NCBI RefSeq assembly: GCF_009914755.1
Contig: NC_060925.1
DNA: 64,000 bases
Strand: one strand, 5' to 3'
DNA from: the human T2T-CHM13v2.0 reference genome, Homo sapiens
Shown: one piece after another, positions 25,734 to 39,629 of the stretch
Layout: each line of letters begins with the position of its first letter
Numbering within the stretch: position 1 is the first letter of the stretch
Position numbers and translations under genes: made by a program
Notes under the pieces: model-generated
Seen by the model: only the letters and a program-made list of their open reading frames with translations
Told to the model about the DNA's origin: nothing
Databases searched by the model: none

Positions 25734-28700
25734 AGCAGACAAAGACACATCAAAAAAAGAAAACTGCTGGCCGATATCCCTGATGGACATTGATGCAAAA
25801 ATCCTCAATGAAATACTAACAAACTGAATTAAACAACACATTAGAAAGACTATTCACTTTGACCAAGTGGGATTTTTCCCAGGGATGCAAGGATGATTCA
25901 ACATATGCAAATCAACTAATGTGATACATCATATCAACAGAATGAAAGACAAAAACCATATGATCATTTCAATTGACGCTGAAAAACATTGGATAAAATT
26001 TAACACCCCTTCAGGAGAAAATCCTGAAAAAAACTGAGTATAGAAGGAACATACGGCAACACAATAAAAACCGCATATGATAGACCCACAGTTAGTATAA
26101 TACTAAATGGGGAAAAACTGAAAGACTTTCCTCTAAGATCTGGAATAAGATAAGAATGCCCACTTTTCCACTGTTATTAATCATAGTACTGGAAGTCCTA
26201 GCTAGAGCAATCAGAAAAGAGAAGGAAACAAATGGCATCCAAATTGGAAAGGAAGAAGTCAAATTATCCTTGTTTGTAGATGATATAATCATACACTTGG
26301 AAAAACCTAAAGCTTCCAGAAAAAAACTATTAGAGTTGATAAACACATTCATTAAAGGCAAAGTATACAAAATCAGCATGCAAAAATCAGTAGCACTTCT
26401 ATATGCCAACAGTGAACAATCTGAAAAAAAAATCAAGAAAGTAATCCCATGTACAACATGTACTATAAAAAGTAGAAGTATACAAAATCAGCATGCAAAA
26501 ATCAGTAGTATTTCTATGTGCCAATAGTGAACAATCTGAAAAAAAATCAAGAAAGTAATCCCATGTACTATAAATAAAATAAAATATGTAGAAATAAACT
26601 TTCCAAAGAAACAAAAGACCTCTATAATGAAAACTATAAAATAGTGATGTAAAAAATGGAAGGGAACACAAAAAATGGAAAGATATTCCATGTTTACAGA
26701 TTAGAAGACTCAATATTGTTAAAATGATCTTACTACTTCAAGCAATGTACAGATTCAATGCAATCTCTATCAAAATACCAATGACATTCTTCACAGAAAT
26801 AAAAAAAGATTCTGAAATTTATATAGACCCACAAAGCTGTCCTGAGCAAAAAGAACAAAACTGGAGGCATAAGACTACCTGGCTTCAAATTATACTACAG
26901 CTATAGTAACCAAAACAGCATGGTACTGGCATAACAACAGATACATAGACCAATGGCACAGAATAGAGAACCCAGAAGCAAATCCGTAAATCTACAGTGA
27001 ACTCATTTTCAACAAAGGTGCAAGAACGTACACTGGGGAAAGCACAGTGTCTTCAATAAATGATGCTGGGAAAACTGGATATCCATATGCAGACAAATAA
27101 AACTAGACCCCGTATCTTGTTATATACAAAAATCAAAGCAAAATGGATTAAAGACTTAAGTCTAAGACCTCAAACTCTGAAGCCCCTAAAAGAAAACATT
27201 CAGGAAACTCTCCAGGACATTGGAGTGGGCATAGATTTCTTGAGTAATACCCCACAAGCAGAGGCAACCAAAGCAAAAATGGACAAATGGGATCACATCA
27301 AGTTAAACATCTTCTGCACAGCAAAGGAAGCAATCAACAAAGTAAAGAGACAACACACAGAATGGGAGAAAATATTTGCAAACTACCCATCCAATAAGGG
27401 ATTAATAACCAGCACATAGAAGTAGCTCAAACACGATGGGGGAAAATCTAGAACTCTGATTTTTAAAGTGGGAAAAAGAACTGAATAGACATTTCTCAAA
27501 AGAAAACTTGCAAATGGAAAACAGATGTATGAAAAGATGTTTAATATCATGGATTAGCAGATAAATTCAAATCAAAACTACAATAAGATGTCAACTTACC
27601 CCAGTTAAAATAGCTTTTTAACTTTTTGCCAAAGACAGGCAATCACAAATGCTGGCAAGGATGTGGAGAAAAGGGAACCCTCATATACTGTCGATGGGAA
27701 TGTTAATTAGTGCAACTACTTTGGAGAACAGTTTGGAGGTTCCTCACGAAACTAAAAATAGAGCTACCATACGATCCAGCAATCCCACTACTGGGTATAT
27801 ACCTAAAAGTAAAGAAAGCAACATATTGAAGATATATCTGCCCTCCCATGTTTATTGCAGTACTATTCACAATAGCCAAGATTTGGAAGCAACCTAAGTG
27901 TTCATCAACAGATGAATGGATAAAGAACATGTGGTACATATATACAATGGAGTACTATTGAGGCATAAAAAAAGAATGAGACTCTGTCATTTGCAACAAC
28001 ATGGATGGAACTGGAGGTCACTATGTTAAGTGAAATAAGTCAGGCACAGAAAGAGAAACTTTGCATGTTCTTACTTATTTATGGGAGCCAAAAAATCAAA
28101 ACAGTTGAACTCAGGGAGATAGAGAGTAGAATGATGGCTACCGAGGCTGTGAAGGATAGTGTGGAGGGTGGAGGAAATGCGGATTGTTAATGGGTACAAA
28201 AATACAGTTTAATAAGAGGAATAATATCTAGTATTTAGTAGCACAACAGGTTGATTACGGTCAATAATAATTTACTGAATATTTAAAAATAACTAAAAGG
28301 CTATAATTGGATAGTTTGTAACACAAAGAAAGGTTAAGTGCTTGAGGTGATGGATACCCTGTTTACCCTGATGTGATTATTATGCTTTGTAGGCCTGTAT
28401 CAAAATATTTAATGTACCCCATAAATATATGCAGCTACTATGTACCCGCAAAAATTAAAAATGAGAAAACGTTTTAAAATAGAAGATAGAGCCAGTTAAA
28501 TTATTGGCTTTTTACAGAGTGTTTGTTAAAATCAACTGTTACATCTAAGTGCCTTATGCTAACTACAACACACTTTGTTGAATTAACTTATCTTTAAAAT
28601 CAATTCTGTATAGAACTTGGCCATTTTATTTTAGGTAATGAAAGCTTAAAACTTTAGCCAAGAAGTAAAAAGTATGACCTTTTCTATTAAAATGCTTTAG

Positions 28701-28992
28701 TGAATACAGCTTGATGATTCATATAAAAAAATCTTAAGGAATAATTTGTGTTGCACAATTAAAACCCTTTCATTTAATAATATTTCCTGTCATTAAAATC
28801 CTCTCTCCATGGTCATCAATTTTTAAAACTATTATGACTTATCAGTGTTTGAATGAACTGTAAAACTGCCTTTGAGATCATTGATATTTCCATAATTGTG
28901 AACAGGAGATTATTTTTTCCTCTGTTGTATGGAAGGTGACGGGCTTTTGTCTGCCGTTGTGGGAAAAGTCTACTTTTAAAAATGCAGTTTCA

Positions 28993-29291
28993 GGTTGTGC
29001 GCGGTGGCTCATGCCTGTAATCCCAGCACTTTGGGAGGCCAAGGTGGGCAGATCACGAGGTCAGGAGATCAAGACCATCCTGGCCAACGAAGTGAAACCC
29101 CATCTCTACTAAAAATACAAAATTTAGCTGGGCATGGTGGCGTGTGCTGGTAATCCCAGATACTCGGGAGGCTGAGGCAGGAGAATCACTTGAACCAGGG
29201 AGTCAGAGGTTGCAGTGAGCCGAGATCATGCCACTGCACTCCAGCCTGGTAACAGGGCGAGACTCCATCTCAAAAAAAAAAAAAAAAAAAA
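28993..29291 (+). mobile_element. AluSc-family (AluSc5-like) full-length
   Basis: gatcacgaggtcaggagatc and gaaccagggagtc diagnostics, poly(A), TSD AAAAATGCAGTTTC/AAAAAGGCAGTTTC. Confidence 0.95.
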
Positions 29292-30109
29292 GGCAGTTTC
29301 TGCCAACTGCCAAAGGTCCACGTGGAGTGTGTGTTGATACAGGATAAAATTAATAAAATAATGTTAAGAACATTCGAGCCCTTCTCTTCTGTACATACTT
29401 TACACTCACTGTCTTCTCTGGGGGACTGTGGGGATGGTGGGCCTGGGAAGGTGCAGCCGCATCGGTAGGTCTCCTGTTCTCAGGCCCTGTCACAGTACCA
29501 GATGCCTGACCCACAGGACTCTCTCCTCTCTTTACCCCCTCTCTCCTGTCTAACAGAGGACACTACCTTAGTCTCAAAAGGAAGAGGCATTGAGAAAATA
29601 ATAATAATAATATTTGGCAAGTTATATTTTAAAAACACTTCCTCATTTTTGTTTTTTTTTTAACTGTGGAACTGGTTTAAGAAGAAAAGATGAGTGAAGG
29701 TTTCTTCGTAAGAGCAGACATTCATTGACTGCCAGGGTGAGAAGTGGTGCGAGTGGCTTAGCAGTGAAAACCAGTCTGCAATGAGGGTTTTGTCACCTCA
29801 GAAGGCTAGGGGGCCACTAGGGCAGGGCACCTGTGGGAAGGAAGCATCAGGAGGCCTGGTCTTCAGCTTTGTCTGTCCAGAAGTTCCTAAGCATCATTGT
29901 CCTTGGAAGTGATTGATTTCTTGGGGTTACTCTCCACTGACCAGACACTCCAGAGGTTGCTGTCCACAACAGAATGCAAAATGAGTCGTTTACACTGAGA
30001 ATTACACCCTACTGGTTGCTTAATGATTGTGAATGGGAAAAACGCAAGGGAAGTGAAAACTTAATAGCTAAGAGGCCAGGTTTGAATTCCAATTCTGTGA
30101 ATGCCCAGC

Positions 30110-30131
30110 TGTATGTGTGTATATGTGTGTT

Positions 30132-30185
<54 letters not shown>

Positions 30186-30790
30186 TATATATACACACAC
30201 ATACATACATATATATACACACATACATATATATATATACACATACATATATATACACACACGTAGTGGTCATACATATTGTATATATACAATATATGTT
30301 ATATACACGTATTGTATGTGTATATATTACATAATATGTATATATTATACACAAATAATTACATATTATGTAATATATAATTGTATACATCATTAATATA
30401 TATTATTGCATATAATTATATATAAAATGTATAATATGTATACATAATATATACAATAATATATACACAGTGTGTATATTATACATACATATTATGTATA
30501 CATTATATATACATATTATGTATATATTTATATACCTGTTGTATATATGCATATATTATATATACACATATTGTGTATATATAGTGCATATATTATATAT
30601 ACATATTGTGTATATGTTGTATATACATATTGTGTATATGTTGTATATAATTGTATATACACATATATACATATTGTGCATATATTTACATACATATTGT
30701 GTATATATTTATATACAGTCAGTGGAATGAATGTATGAATGTATGCGTGTGTGTGTATATATATATATGCACCCACACACATGCAGACAT
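30110..30790. repeat. (TA)n / (TG)n / (CA)n AT-rich low-complexity tract
   Basis: Pure (AT)22 at 30135-30179 followed by about 600 bp of degenerate TA/CA/TG repeats. Confidence 0.97.
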
Positions 30791-31419
30791 AGAGTTAGGC
30801 ATTCATAGAACTGGAATTTGTGTGTGTATTGTAGATACTTAATAAACAGTTCACTGGAAGATTTGATTCAATAAGAATTATTTTGGAGTTTTATTCAGGA
30901 CAGTGACTTCAGGGGAAAAAAGATCAATTCATCCTTCTAACCAGGTGCCAATCAATGTGGAGGTCATGACCATTACAAGTCATGACCACCACAAGAACAT
31001 AAGGCACTCACAGTGTTAATTTACAAAAGTTGAACCCAAGTTTTCTGACTCTGGCTGCCTCTATCAGTGACAATGCTTTAATGGACAGAGAGCTAATGGT
31101 GTTGAGAGCAAATGGGGAATTGCCTGATCCTGAAGTTTCCTTCCAACCTTTTTTAGTTTTTTAGCAGTTATCTTCACAAGTTAGAACCACATAAGAATGC
31201 CTTGGATTCCTTTTCATGCTTGATTTCACACATGTTCACAAATGTGTCCCAAGAGTTGGGCTTTTCATTCAGAGGCTACGAGACCTCAGAGCTGGTCTCA
31301 TTACCACGGCATGAAAAGCCTAACATTATCCAGTTACTAACAGGAGAGCTGAGGTACAAGAGAAAAAACAATCAGTGGAATGGATGTTCATTGTCTGGCA
31401 CCATTAATCAGTCGCACTT

Positions 31420-32215
31420 TTGTTTATTCAACAAATATTTACTGGATACTTATTGGACATCAGGCTTTGTTCTAGGAGCTGAGGATTTAGCAGTTAACAA
31501 GGGGATCTTGTGTTTTGGTCAGGGAGACAGACAAGAAATTAAAAGAGAGAGAAAATGGGAAAGACAAGAGATAGAAATAAACCCAAGCTTGTAAGAGGTA
31601 CACAGAGAATTAAAAGACGGCCATGCGATGTAAAGTTACTTTGACAGATGAGGGGGTCAGGGGACACCTGTCCATGAGGTGATATCTGAGCTGAGCTCTG
31701 AATCAAACAGAGATGGACATGCAAAGTTAGGGGGGAGTGACACTCCTCAGAGGGCCACTGCTATGGAGGCTCCCTGGTGGGCACAAGTATGGTATCTATG
31801 AGGACCAGACCAAAGGTCTGGAGAAGCCACAGAAGAAGTAGGCAGGGTCAGGTCAGTGAGGCTTTATGGTCAGAGTAAAGAGTTTGAATGTCTCCTAAAT
31901 GTGATGGGAAGCCACTGGAGAGTTTTAAGCAGAGGATGAATTTATGTTTAATAAAGAAGTCCCTCTGGATGCTATGTGCAGAAGGATTATAGAGAACAAG
32001 ACTAGAAGCAGGGGCACTCTAAAAGAATCCCAAGTAGGACTGCCAGTTGCTTGGGTAAGGATAGTGAGGTGGTCAGATTTGGGATAAATTTGGAGGCAGG
32101 ACTTGCTGATGGGCTGGAAGTAGAGAGTGAGGGAAAGAGATAAATTTAGGCCAACTCCTATGTTTTTGGCCTGCACAGATGAGTGGACAGCACCTTTTTC
32201 TGAGATAAAGGAAGA
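31420..32215 (-). mobile_element. L2
   Basis: tttattcaacaaatatttactg...gatgggaagccactggagagttttaagcag...gtggtcagatttgggata. Confidence 0.8.
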
Positions 32216-32929
32216 CAAGACGAACAGGCTTATAGGGAAAAATACCTCTGGGAGCACTCTTGCAGCTCCCCCGTGTGTCCTGGGGGTAAACGCACCACTG
32301 ACTCCTCCGCAGTGGGTGCACTCGCATGCACACACACTCTGCCTCATTTTACTTTGAAGCTAGAGAAAACAAGACAATCCCCAGACTGGAAAACCCTCAA
32401 CAATATTTAGCCTTTAGGTGAAGAAAGAAATAAAAATAAAGCTTTAGTTTTAAAAGCCAATTTCCATCCTTAAAGCCGGCTCAAATGCAGTTCAAAGCAC
32501 AATTTTAATAAGTCAACCCTAAAAATGTATTTGTGTATATATGTAAATGCATATATTTAGGACAAAAGTATATACACATACACACACATATATGTCAACC
32601 CATACCATGTCACCTACTTAATTATTAATTATTAACTCTCATTAATATTAGCAATTGAATTCTTTTGTCTTGAATTTAGTCAAGCTGTGAACAATGGCGG
32701 GGAGAATTAGAGTTGCTGAAGTCTTTGCCTCTTTCCTTGATTATCCTTTAAGTCGTGAGATTATGGATGATTTTTACTTTATGTTGTATTTTTAATATTT
32801 TTAAATAAATTTTTGAAATCACAGAAATATAGCTATTAATGCCTGTACAAAAGTATAGATTACTAACCAAAGAGGTATGTAATTTAGGATTGAAAAGCTC
32901 TTAAAAGTAGAGGAATCTCTTCTTCAGTA

Positions 32930-33240
32930 TCCCTGCAAAAATCTTCTAATAAAGGGGTACTCACAACATCCCAAGGAAGTCCATTCCATTATTGGGCAGT
33001 GCTAACCATTAGGAAGTTCTTTCTTAATGTCATAGAGAAAGCAGTCATGGGACACCTTTCACTACTGATTCCCATTGGGCCTTTGACAAAAACAAAAATA
33101 AGTCGACTTCCTTCTCTAAGTGACAATTCTTCAAATATTTAAAGACATATCTCTCCTTTTCTTTTGTCTTTTAGCCAAAGCAGATCCAGTTCTTTCAACA
33201 TTTCCTTCTGTGATACAGTTTCTTGACCTTTCACCAGCTT
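32930..33240 (-). mobile_element. CR1/L3 3' fragment
   Basis: ctcacaacatcccaaggaagtccattccatt...ttaggaagttctttctta...cttcaaatatttaaagaca...ccagttctttcaac. Confidence 0.7.
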
Positions 33241-33529
33241 AAAGTATGATCCGGCCCAAGGCTTTGTGATTAAACAAAGGTTTTAGTTTAATTTAAAAAG
33301 TCATGGTCTCGTGTAGGTAGACTGCAGAAACCAGTCTGTTGGTGCTTCTCCTGAGTTGGGGAGAGAGGGAGAATTGCAGTAGGGCTTTCTTCATATCTCT
33401 GCCATTATTCAATGCAACCACAAATCCTGGGTCCTGGTTTCATAGGTGCCCATAGAGAGAAATACAGCAACAGAAAAATCTCAGTGTTGCCTACTTTCCA
33501 CTTGCTGGAGGATTCTTTCATTAGCGAGT

Positions 33530-33730
33530 GGGAGGAGTAAGTGCTAAGCACACAGGCTTTGGAGTCGGACTACCTGTATTTGATTTCTGGACCTATTTGG
33601 GCCTCACTTTCTTCATCTACAAAATGATGATGGTAGTGGCACCTCCTTTATAGAGTGTTGCACAATGCCTGGCATATAGTAAGCACCTTATCAATGTTAG
33701 CCTCTATTATTATTGCTGTTATCATTGTTA
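33530..33730 (+). mobile_element. MIR
   Basis: ggctttggagtcggactacctg...gcctcactttcttcatctacaaaatg...atgcctggcatatagtaagcac. Confidence 0.75.
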
Positions 33731-33887
33731 ATGCAGTATCCCCTAATTGATGCTCATCTAGCCTCTTAGTGCTGGGACGCTCCTTAATCCCAAAGGCTAT
33801 TCCTCCCCAGTGTTCAACAACTCCTGTACTAGAATGTCGTTATTTAAATTCAGTTGAAATTCACATCCTGGTAACTCATGGAACCCA

Positions 33888-34027
<140 letters not shown>

Positions 34028-34849
34028 TAGCCTCTTCCTTATGAGACAGTCCTTTACATATTTGAAGGTCACTATCATATATTACTCTATCAGCTACCAA
34101 CATTTACTAAGCACCTATTGAATAAACTAGATTCTAAGTTTCATGAGATCAAATGTCCTGTGGGTTTGCACATCACTGCAAAATTAACGTGTAGTGCATT
34201 GCCACTAGTAGTCATTCAATAGTTAAATAGTAGGTGCTCAAATTGAATACTTAAGAAATGAGTGATTTCTTCACCAATCTATAGTTAGGATATTAGTAAA
34301 AATTTCCTGTTAAGGCTGTGCTTCAGTGTTAAATGGTGTTTGTGACAAGCTAAGACTAGAGCAATGATTCAACTCAATTCAAACATTTACTAAGGGCTTT
34401 CTATATGCCAGAGGCTGTACTAGGCATTGGAGGTAAAAAGAAGACTGGAATATGGTTCTTTCATTAGTGATCTATTAATCTAGCTCACAAACAGGCCATT
34501 CTAAGAAGATCTGCTCCAATGATATCTCTCCAAGTAGGTGCTACACCAGGAAGGAGAAAGTCTTAGTCAAAGTCTAAAAAGTAGAACAGATGGGGTAAAA
34601 CCTCAGAAGTCTGCTCATTGTGGGGCAGAAGAGGAGAAAAGTGATTGATATATAGTAGGGTTATAAAGCAGAGAGTCAGAGACAAAGACATGGATATATT
34701 GAAAACTGGTTCAGCAATGAATTCAATGAACCCAGGGTATCTGCTAGGTTGTTCCTTGCATATGTGGCTTTGATGAGACAGGGGTCGTGTCACTTAAATT
34801 ATTTTAGCTTCACCAGAGTATGTACTGCAGATTTTCAGTTATATAGTGT

Positions 34850-35011
34850 AACTTTCGGTGATACAGCCTCACGAGAGACTCTGAACCAGGTCCACCCAAG
34901 TAAGTCATTCTCAGATTTGTGACACTCAGACACTGTGAGATAACAAAATCTTATTGTTTTAAGCAGCTAAGTTTTGGAGATATTTGTTATACAGCAATAG
35001 AAAACTGATAC
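34850..35011 (+). mobile_element. MLT1-family LTR 3' part
   Basis: cagacactgtgagataac...gttttaagcagctaagttttgg...tttgttatacagcaatagaaaactgataca. Confidence 0.75.
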
Positions 35012-38000
35012 AAAACTAGAGAAGAGGCAATGGGGGACAATTGTAGACCCCACAGACTTACTCTTCCATGGGCTAAGCCGGACCAGACTGTTACAGAGGC
35101 ATAAAGCATTCGTGATTGTTTATTTTGTGGAAGATTGGTAATGGATTGGGGAGAAGGTGGGCCAAATGGCTGAAATACGTTGTTCTTGATAAGACTGCTC
35201 TTGCAACATAACTACTATCATGGTGATAATGAATCGCTCATCAGGACCTCAGAACGGCCTGTTGTAGGACAGGGTAACTAATGCGCACTTCCTACCATTT
35301 CTGAGGGTTGACACAAAAACTCAGTATAACATGGATGGTTGCCTCAAAGGATGCTGTATAAATCTAGTGGGCTATCACTTTCCATTTTTAATGTGAATTG
35401 ACAGCCACTTTAGTCTGTTAGCACTTCCTTTCCAAGAAAGAACCCCGACGTCTTTTAGTGCCCTCAGCAGCAAATGACTTATGCCAGAGTCTATTCTTCC
35501 TCTTTAAACAGAAACCCAACTGACACCTGTTATGTTGTCTATTAGATAAAGACAATTTTATAGAATGTGGGTGAAGTGGGAAGTTTGCCAACCAGAAAGA
35601 ATGCAGGCTGTAGCCCTTCCTTGTAGTGGTTAAAGAAAAATTGCTGATCAGGAAATCAGTTTTGTATGCCTGTTTTCAGGTAGAGAAAATTGTCTATGCC
35701 AACTGAAATGCCAGCTTATTCTTCTTTATTTTCAGCCCTGCAGATACGACTTCATTAGTACTGAGGCCATCTTATGAAGACTTTTTATACCTGCAGGTTG
35801 TCATTCTGACTTAGTTACTAATCCTGGTCACACATTAAGGGCTTTGATTAAGCAATTTGCTTTTTTCCTTTTTCTCTTCCATCTCATTGAAAGATTACAG
35901 AGTTTGAGCATGAGGTTAAAGGATTACATCTGAATCCGAAGAGTACCCACACTGTTCCAGCTGCCTGTCATTTCCTGGAGTGGTTACTTATCTGTCAATA
36001 TTTCTTCCCTTTTTTCCCAAGTCCCAGGCCTACTTGATCTTGTCCGTTTGGCTCGGCTGGTGGAGGAATAACAAGGGTCTTCCCATCATGCAACATTCTG
36101 GGATACATCATGACAGAGAAATCTCAAAGCCCAGGTCAATTATAACAGAAGATGTGCACCACCTCTTGCCCCTGAATGTCTTCTGGGGCTGCAGTTATTT
36201 AAAACTAAGTCACCTGAAAAATGGAAGGAAATGTGGGTCTGGTTCCTGCCTGCCTTTCTGGTTGTTTAGCAGGATACAAATAGCAGAAGACTAACACTTC
36301 ATGTGTGTGGTTTGCGGTCAGGAAGAGGCAATAAAACTGGCAGCAACCTCATTGTGCCGTAATTACTTTTTAATTAGAATTCATTGAATACAGATGGATT
36401 CTTCCTGTTCTTTTGCCCACTGATATTGTTAATATTCCCACATCAGATATTATGAGGCAGTAGCCAGCAGTATACAAAATAACCCTGTAGCTGATAGTGA
36501 CTTACAGAAAGTAACCAACTTCACCATTTGTCTTAGATGAAAAATAATCTTCCACCCCTTTGTGGATTCTATTGCTGGTTTGTTGATATAGTGTTTGTTT
36601 ACTCTCATTCCTGCAGGAAAAAATATCATAGTTCTTGTATCAAATTACTGTAACTGACTAGAACATTTTTATTTTAAATAATGTACATCATTATTTTCTT
36701 CATGGTGACACTGATAAATTTGCAGTATTTCTCATTTTATCCCCTCCTACCAATGAATAACTTGAACCCAAACGTGAATGGAATGTATGATTTCATGCTG
36801 TTATAAAAAATCATTGTTCATCACATTCTAATTGTAACTAAGTTTGAACCTGAATAGCTATTTGCAGTATTTTGATAGAAATAAGAAGTAATTTCCATTT
36901 TTTTGCTCCAGGGTCCCTCTACATGAACTGACATATGATGCATTTTTGAAGTCACACTTAATAATTCTCTTTTCATAATAAACAACCGCACCTTTGTTGA
37001 ACAGCCGATCTAAAATTAGGCTTACAAAGGCCTATGTAACATACCTAAGAAACATGATTTATTCTAATGTAATAATGGCATAGATTTATAAAGCTTGACT
37101 ACTCCAATGCTCCTCGTTATGGTTGTGAAATATTTGTGGCCACTGTGGGATTTTCTAGATCATTATTTTAAAAAAGGAAAAACCCATTTTGACAGATGAA
37201 CTGGGGCCATTCTGAGCAAATCACAGATACTTCATATAACAAGGCCTCCAAAGAGGGGAGCATACACTTATTACTATGGCAACCCAGATCAAAACACTAT
37301 TTTAGTGGAGGGTTTCTAGTTTTACAATGCAATGATGATTGTTTATAGTACCATTGAAACCAGATTCAACAAAGATTTAAGAAATGAGCTGACAAGAGGA
37401 AAATCATTATAGATAAACTGGGGATACCTGAATGGGATTGCATGGAATCTGCCATTATTTGATCAAATACTGAAATTTATTGCCCAGGACAATAGAAATA
37501 ATGGAAAAGGATCCAAATGATGAGAAACCATCCTGAAGTTTCTTCTATTACAATGTTTTGGACTAAGATCAGGCCTATCTTAAGTTAAAACTTTGGAAGC
37601 AAATAGTTGTTTGTTTGTTAAGTACACATCTCTCAAATTCCTTATTTTTCTATCTGCAAAATACCTCCTCCTAATTTTAAAGTTATGGACTAACGCTTGC
37701 TTCCCTAACATATTCCATCTGACGGAGTGTAACACGGCACAACTCAAGAACTATGCCCATCACACAGGGCTTTGTGCTTGCACATGTCTACATGAAGTGA
37801 CAGCTGGTTACAGCCCTGCACAGTTATTTTTATATAGATGGAATTTTTACACAGCAAGAAAAAAAAATGGTCTGGATCATGAGTTGTTCATTTTGCTGGG
37901 TCTGTCTTCAAGTATCTGAGTACAACTAATAAGTGGACAAAGTGCATTGAAATGAAGCAATGAATAATCATGCATTTGTTTAGTAACTGTTTACTGAGCA

Positions 38001-38209
38001 TCTGCCATGTGCCTATCGATGTGCACATCCATTGTGAACACTGTGCACAATTCAGGCATGCTAATTGCCTCTGGAGTTTATCGTCTAGTGGGAGGGCCAT
38101 GAAGAAATATGGAAGGGTGCAGAAATAGAGAATAACTAGGTAGGGTTGAGGCTTAGATCCATTTGAATGCTTATTAATATAAAGAGTTTTCTAGTGTTTG
38201 AAAGGGGAA

Positions 38210-38620
38210 AGGAGACTGTATTTATTGAATGCTTTGTGGAAAACTCTGTATGAGGAACTTCATGTACAATTATCTCATTTAAACCACAGAGCAATCTTGA
38301 GAAGTTGCAGGTAGTATGATGTTTATTTTGTGGATCAGGAAATCGAGACTCAGAAAGGTGAAATAAAAACTCTCAAGTTTATTAAACAAATACATATATA
38401 GCAGCTATTATGTACCAGGCACTGTTGTAAGCATTTTACAATAAGTAAATTCATTTCATCTTGATAATAACCATTTAAAGCAGTACTATTGTTATTTCTA
38501 TTTTACAGATAAGGAAACTGAAGCACAGAGAGGTTAAATTACCTGATCTAGGTCACACAGCCAGTGAGTGTCAAAAGCAAGATGTGAGCCAGGCAGCCTG
38601 CACTGCTACCACTACGCAAT
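38210..38620 (-). mobile_element. Two adjacent MIR elements
   Basis: Two cores: gaaatcgagactcagaaaggtgaaataa and ttttacagataaggaaactgaagcacagagaggttaa. Confidence 0.8.
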
Positions 38621-38895
38621 GAAAACATGTGTTGTAAGTAATCAACAGTTGTTATCTGTTGTCTGCAATCAACCTATAATCTGTAAGGAACCAACAGCCA
38701 TAAGTAATCAACAACCTAGCTATGATCTAAAACAGGTCTGCTTACTGACTACATGAATCCTTTGTTCTCAGCTTTTTTGCCTGCATAGTCCCACACTACA
38801 ACTACCAAATATTTTAAGGAGCAAACATACTTTGCGTTTGTTTTGTAACTATTTCTTACCAAGAATAAAGTGATGCCTCAAAATCATTTCCCAGA

Positions 38896-39378
38896 TGTTG
38901 TGCCAAACCCCCATCAACTTCAGTGGAAATGGCACGAGATTCGAGAAGCTGAAGAAGAGACCCAGAGCCAGCAAATAAGTCATGGGGTTTTATTGGGGGT
39001 TTACATACACAGGAGAGAGAGTCCAGTATAGCAGACTGGACAGGAGACTTACTTTACATATAGTCCAGGGGCAGCAGGCTGCAGGAGAACCACAACCATT
39101 TGCAAAAGGTATGAATTTATGTAGCATTTTCACTTAGCATGCTTTCCCTAACAATCTCCACCTGGTAACTCTCATTCAACCCCAAACTCAGGGCCTTGCT
39201 CCCCTGTATTTCATGGGATGGGAGAGAGGCTCAGGTGTTCTTTATAGACAAGTAACTAATCTCTGGATTGGCCACTTCTGGATTCCCTAGCTCAGAACAT
39301 GCATTCAGGTATGTTTGCAATACAGGGTCATTCTCAGAGTACGCTTAAGTTATTGCTATCAGGAGTGTCTACCACACA
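38896..39378 (-). mobile_element. LTR47-like ERVL solo LTR
   Basis: The minus strand begins tgtgtggtagacactcctgatagcaataacttaagcgtactctgagaatgaccctgta and carries an AATAAA (ttttatt on +). Confidence 0.75.
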
Positions 39379-39629
39379 AAAGATTTTACTTATTCAGAGC
39401 TACAAATAGATTACAAGATTATACTTTGGTTCTGAGCAAGTGATTAAATCCACCAATAATTTCACAATGTCAGACAGTTTGAAAATGTTAAGTAGTCTTG
39501 TATTATGTGATGCATTGACCTGGCTATAAACTGTATCAGTTTTTAGTCAAGAGAACATGTGCATGTTTATAACTTAATTTGTGATTTCAAAGAGGGAAGC
39601 ATCTGTCTAGACTGCTATGGCCTTACTGG

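Larger units (their letters stand above)
22665..28475 (+). mobile_element. L1MA2/L1MA3-like element with 5'UTR and 3' end, internally deleted, with nested Alu, MLT2A2 and MSTA
   Basis: L1M-type 5'UTR; ORF1 start near 25200-25330; ORF2 RT remnant (IVLEVLARAIRKEKE..GIQIGKEEVKLSLFVDDII); C-terminal remnant ([12 protein letters not shown]); 3'UTR ending ctactatgtacccgcaaaaattaaaaa. Many stops and frameshifts. Confidence 0.92.

Noticed and set aside
26156-27419. Reverse-transcriptase-like ORFs
   Set aside because: Broken L1 ORF2 with frameshifts and a duplication; the endonuclease region is deleted, so the element is inactive.
29974-30842. Many Y/I/C/V-rich ORFs
   Set aside because: Translations of TA/TG dinucleotide repeats.
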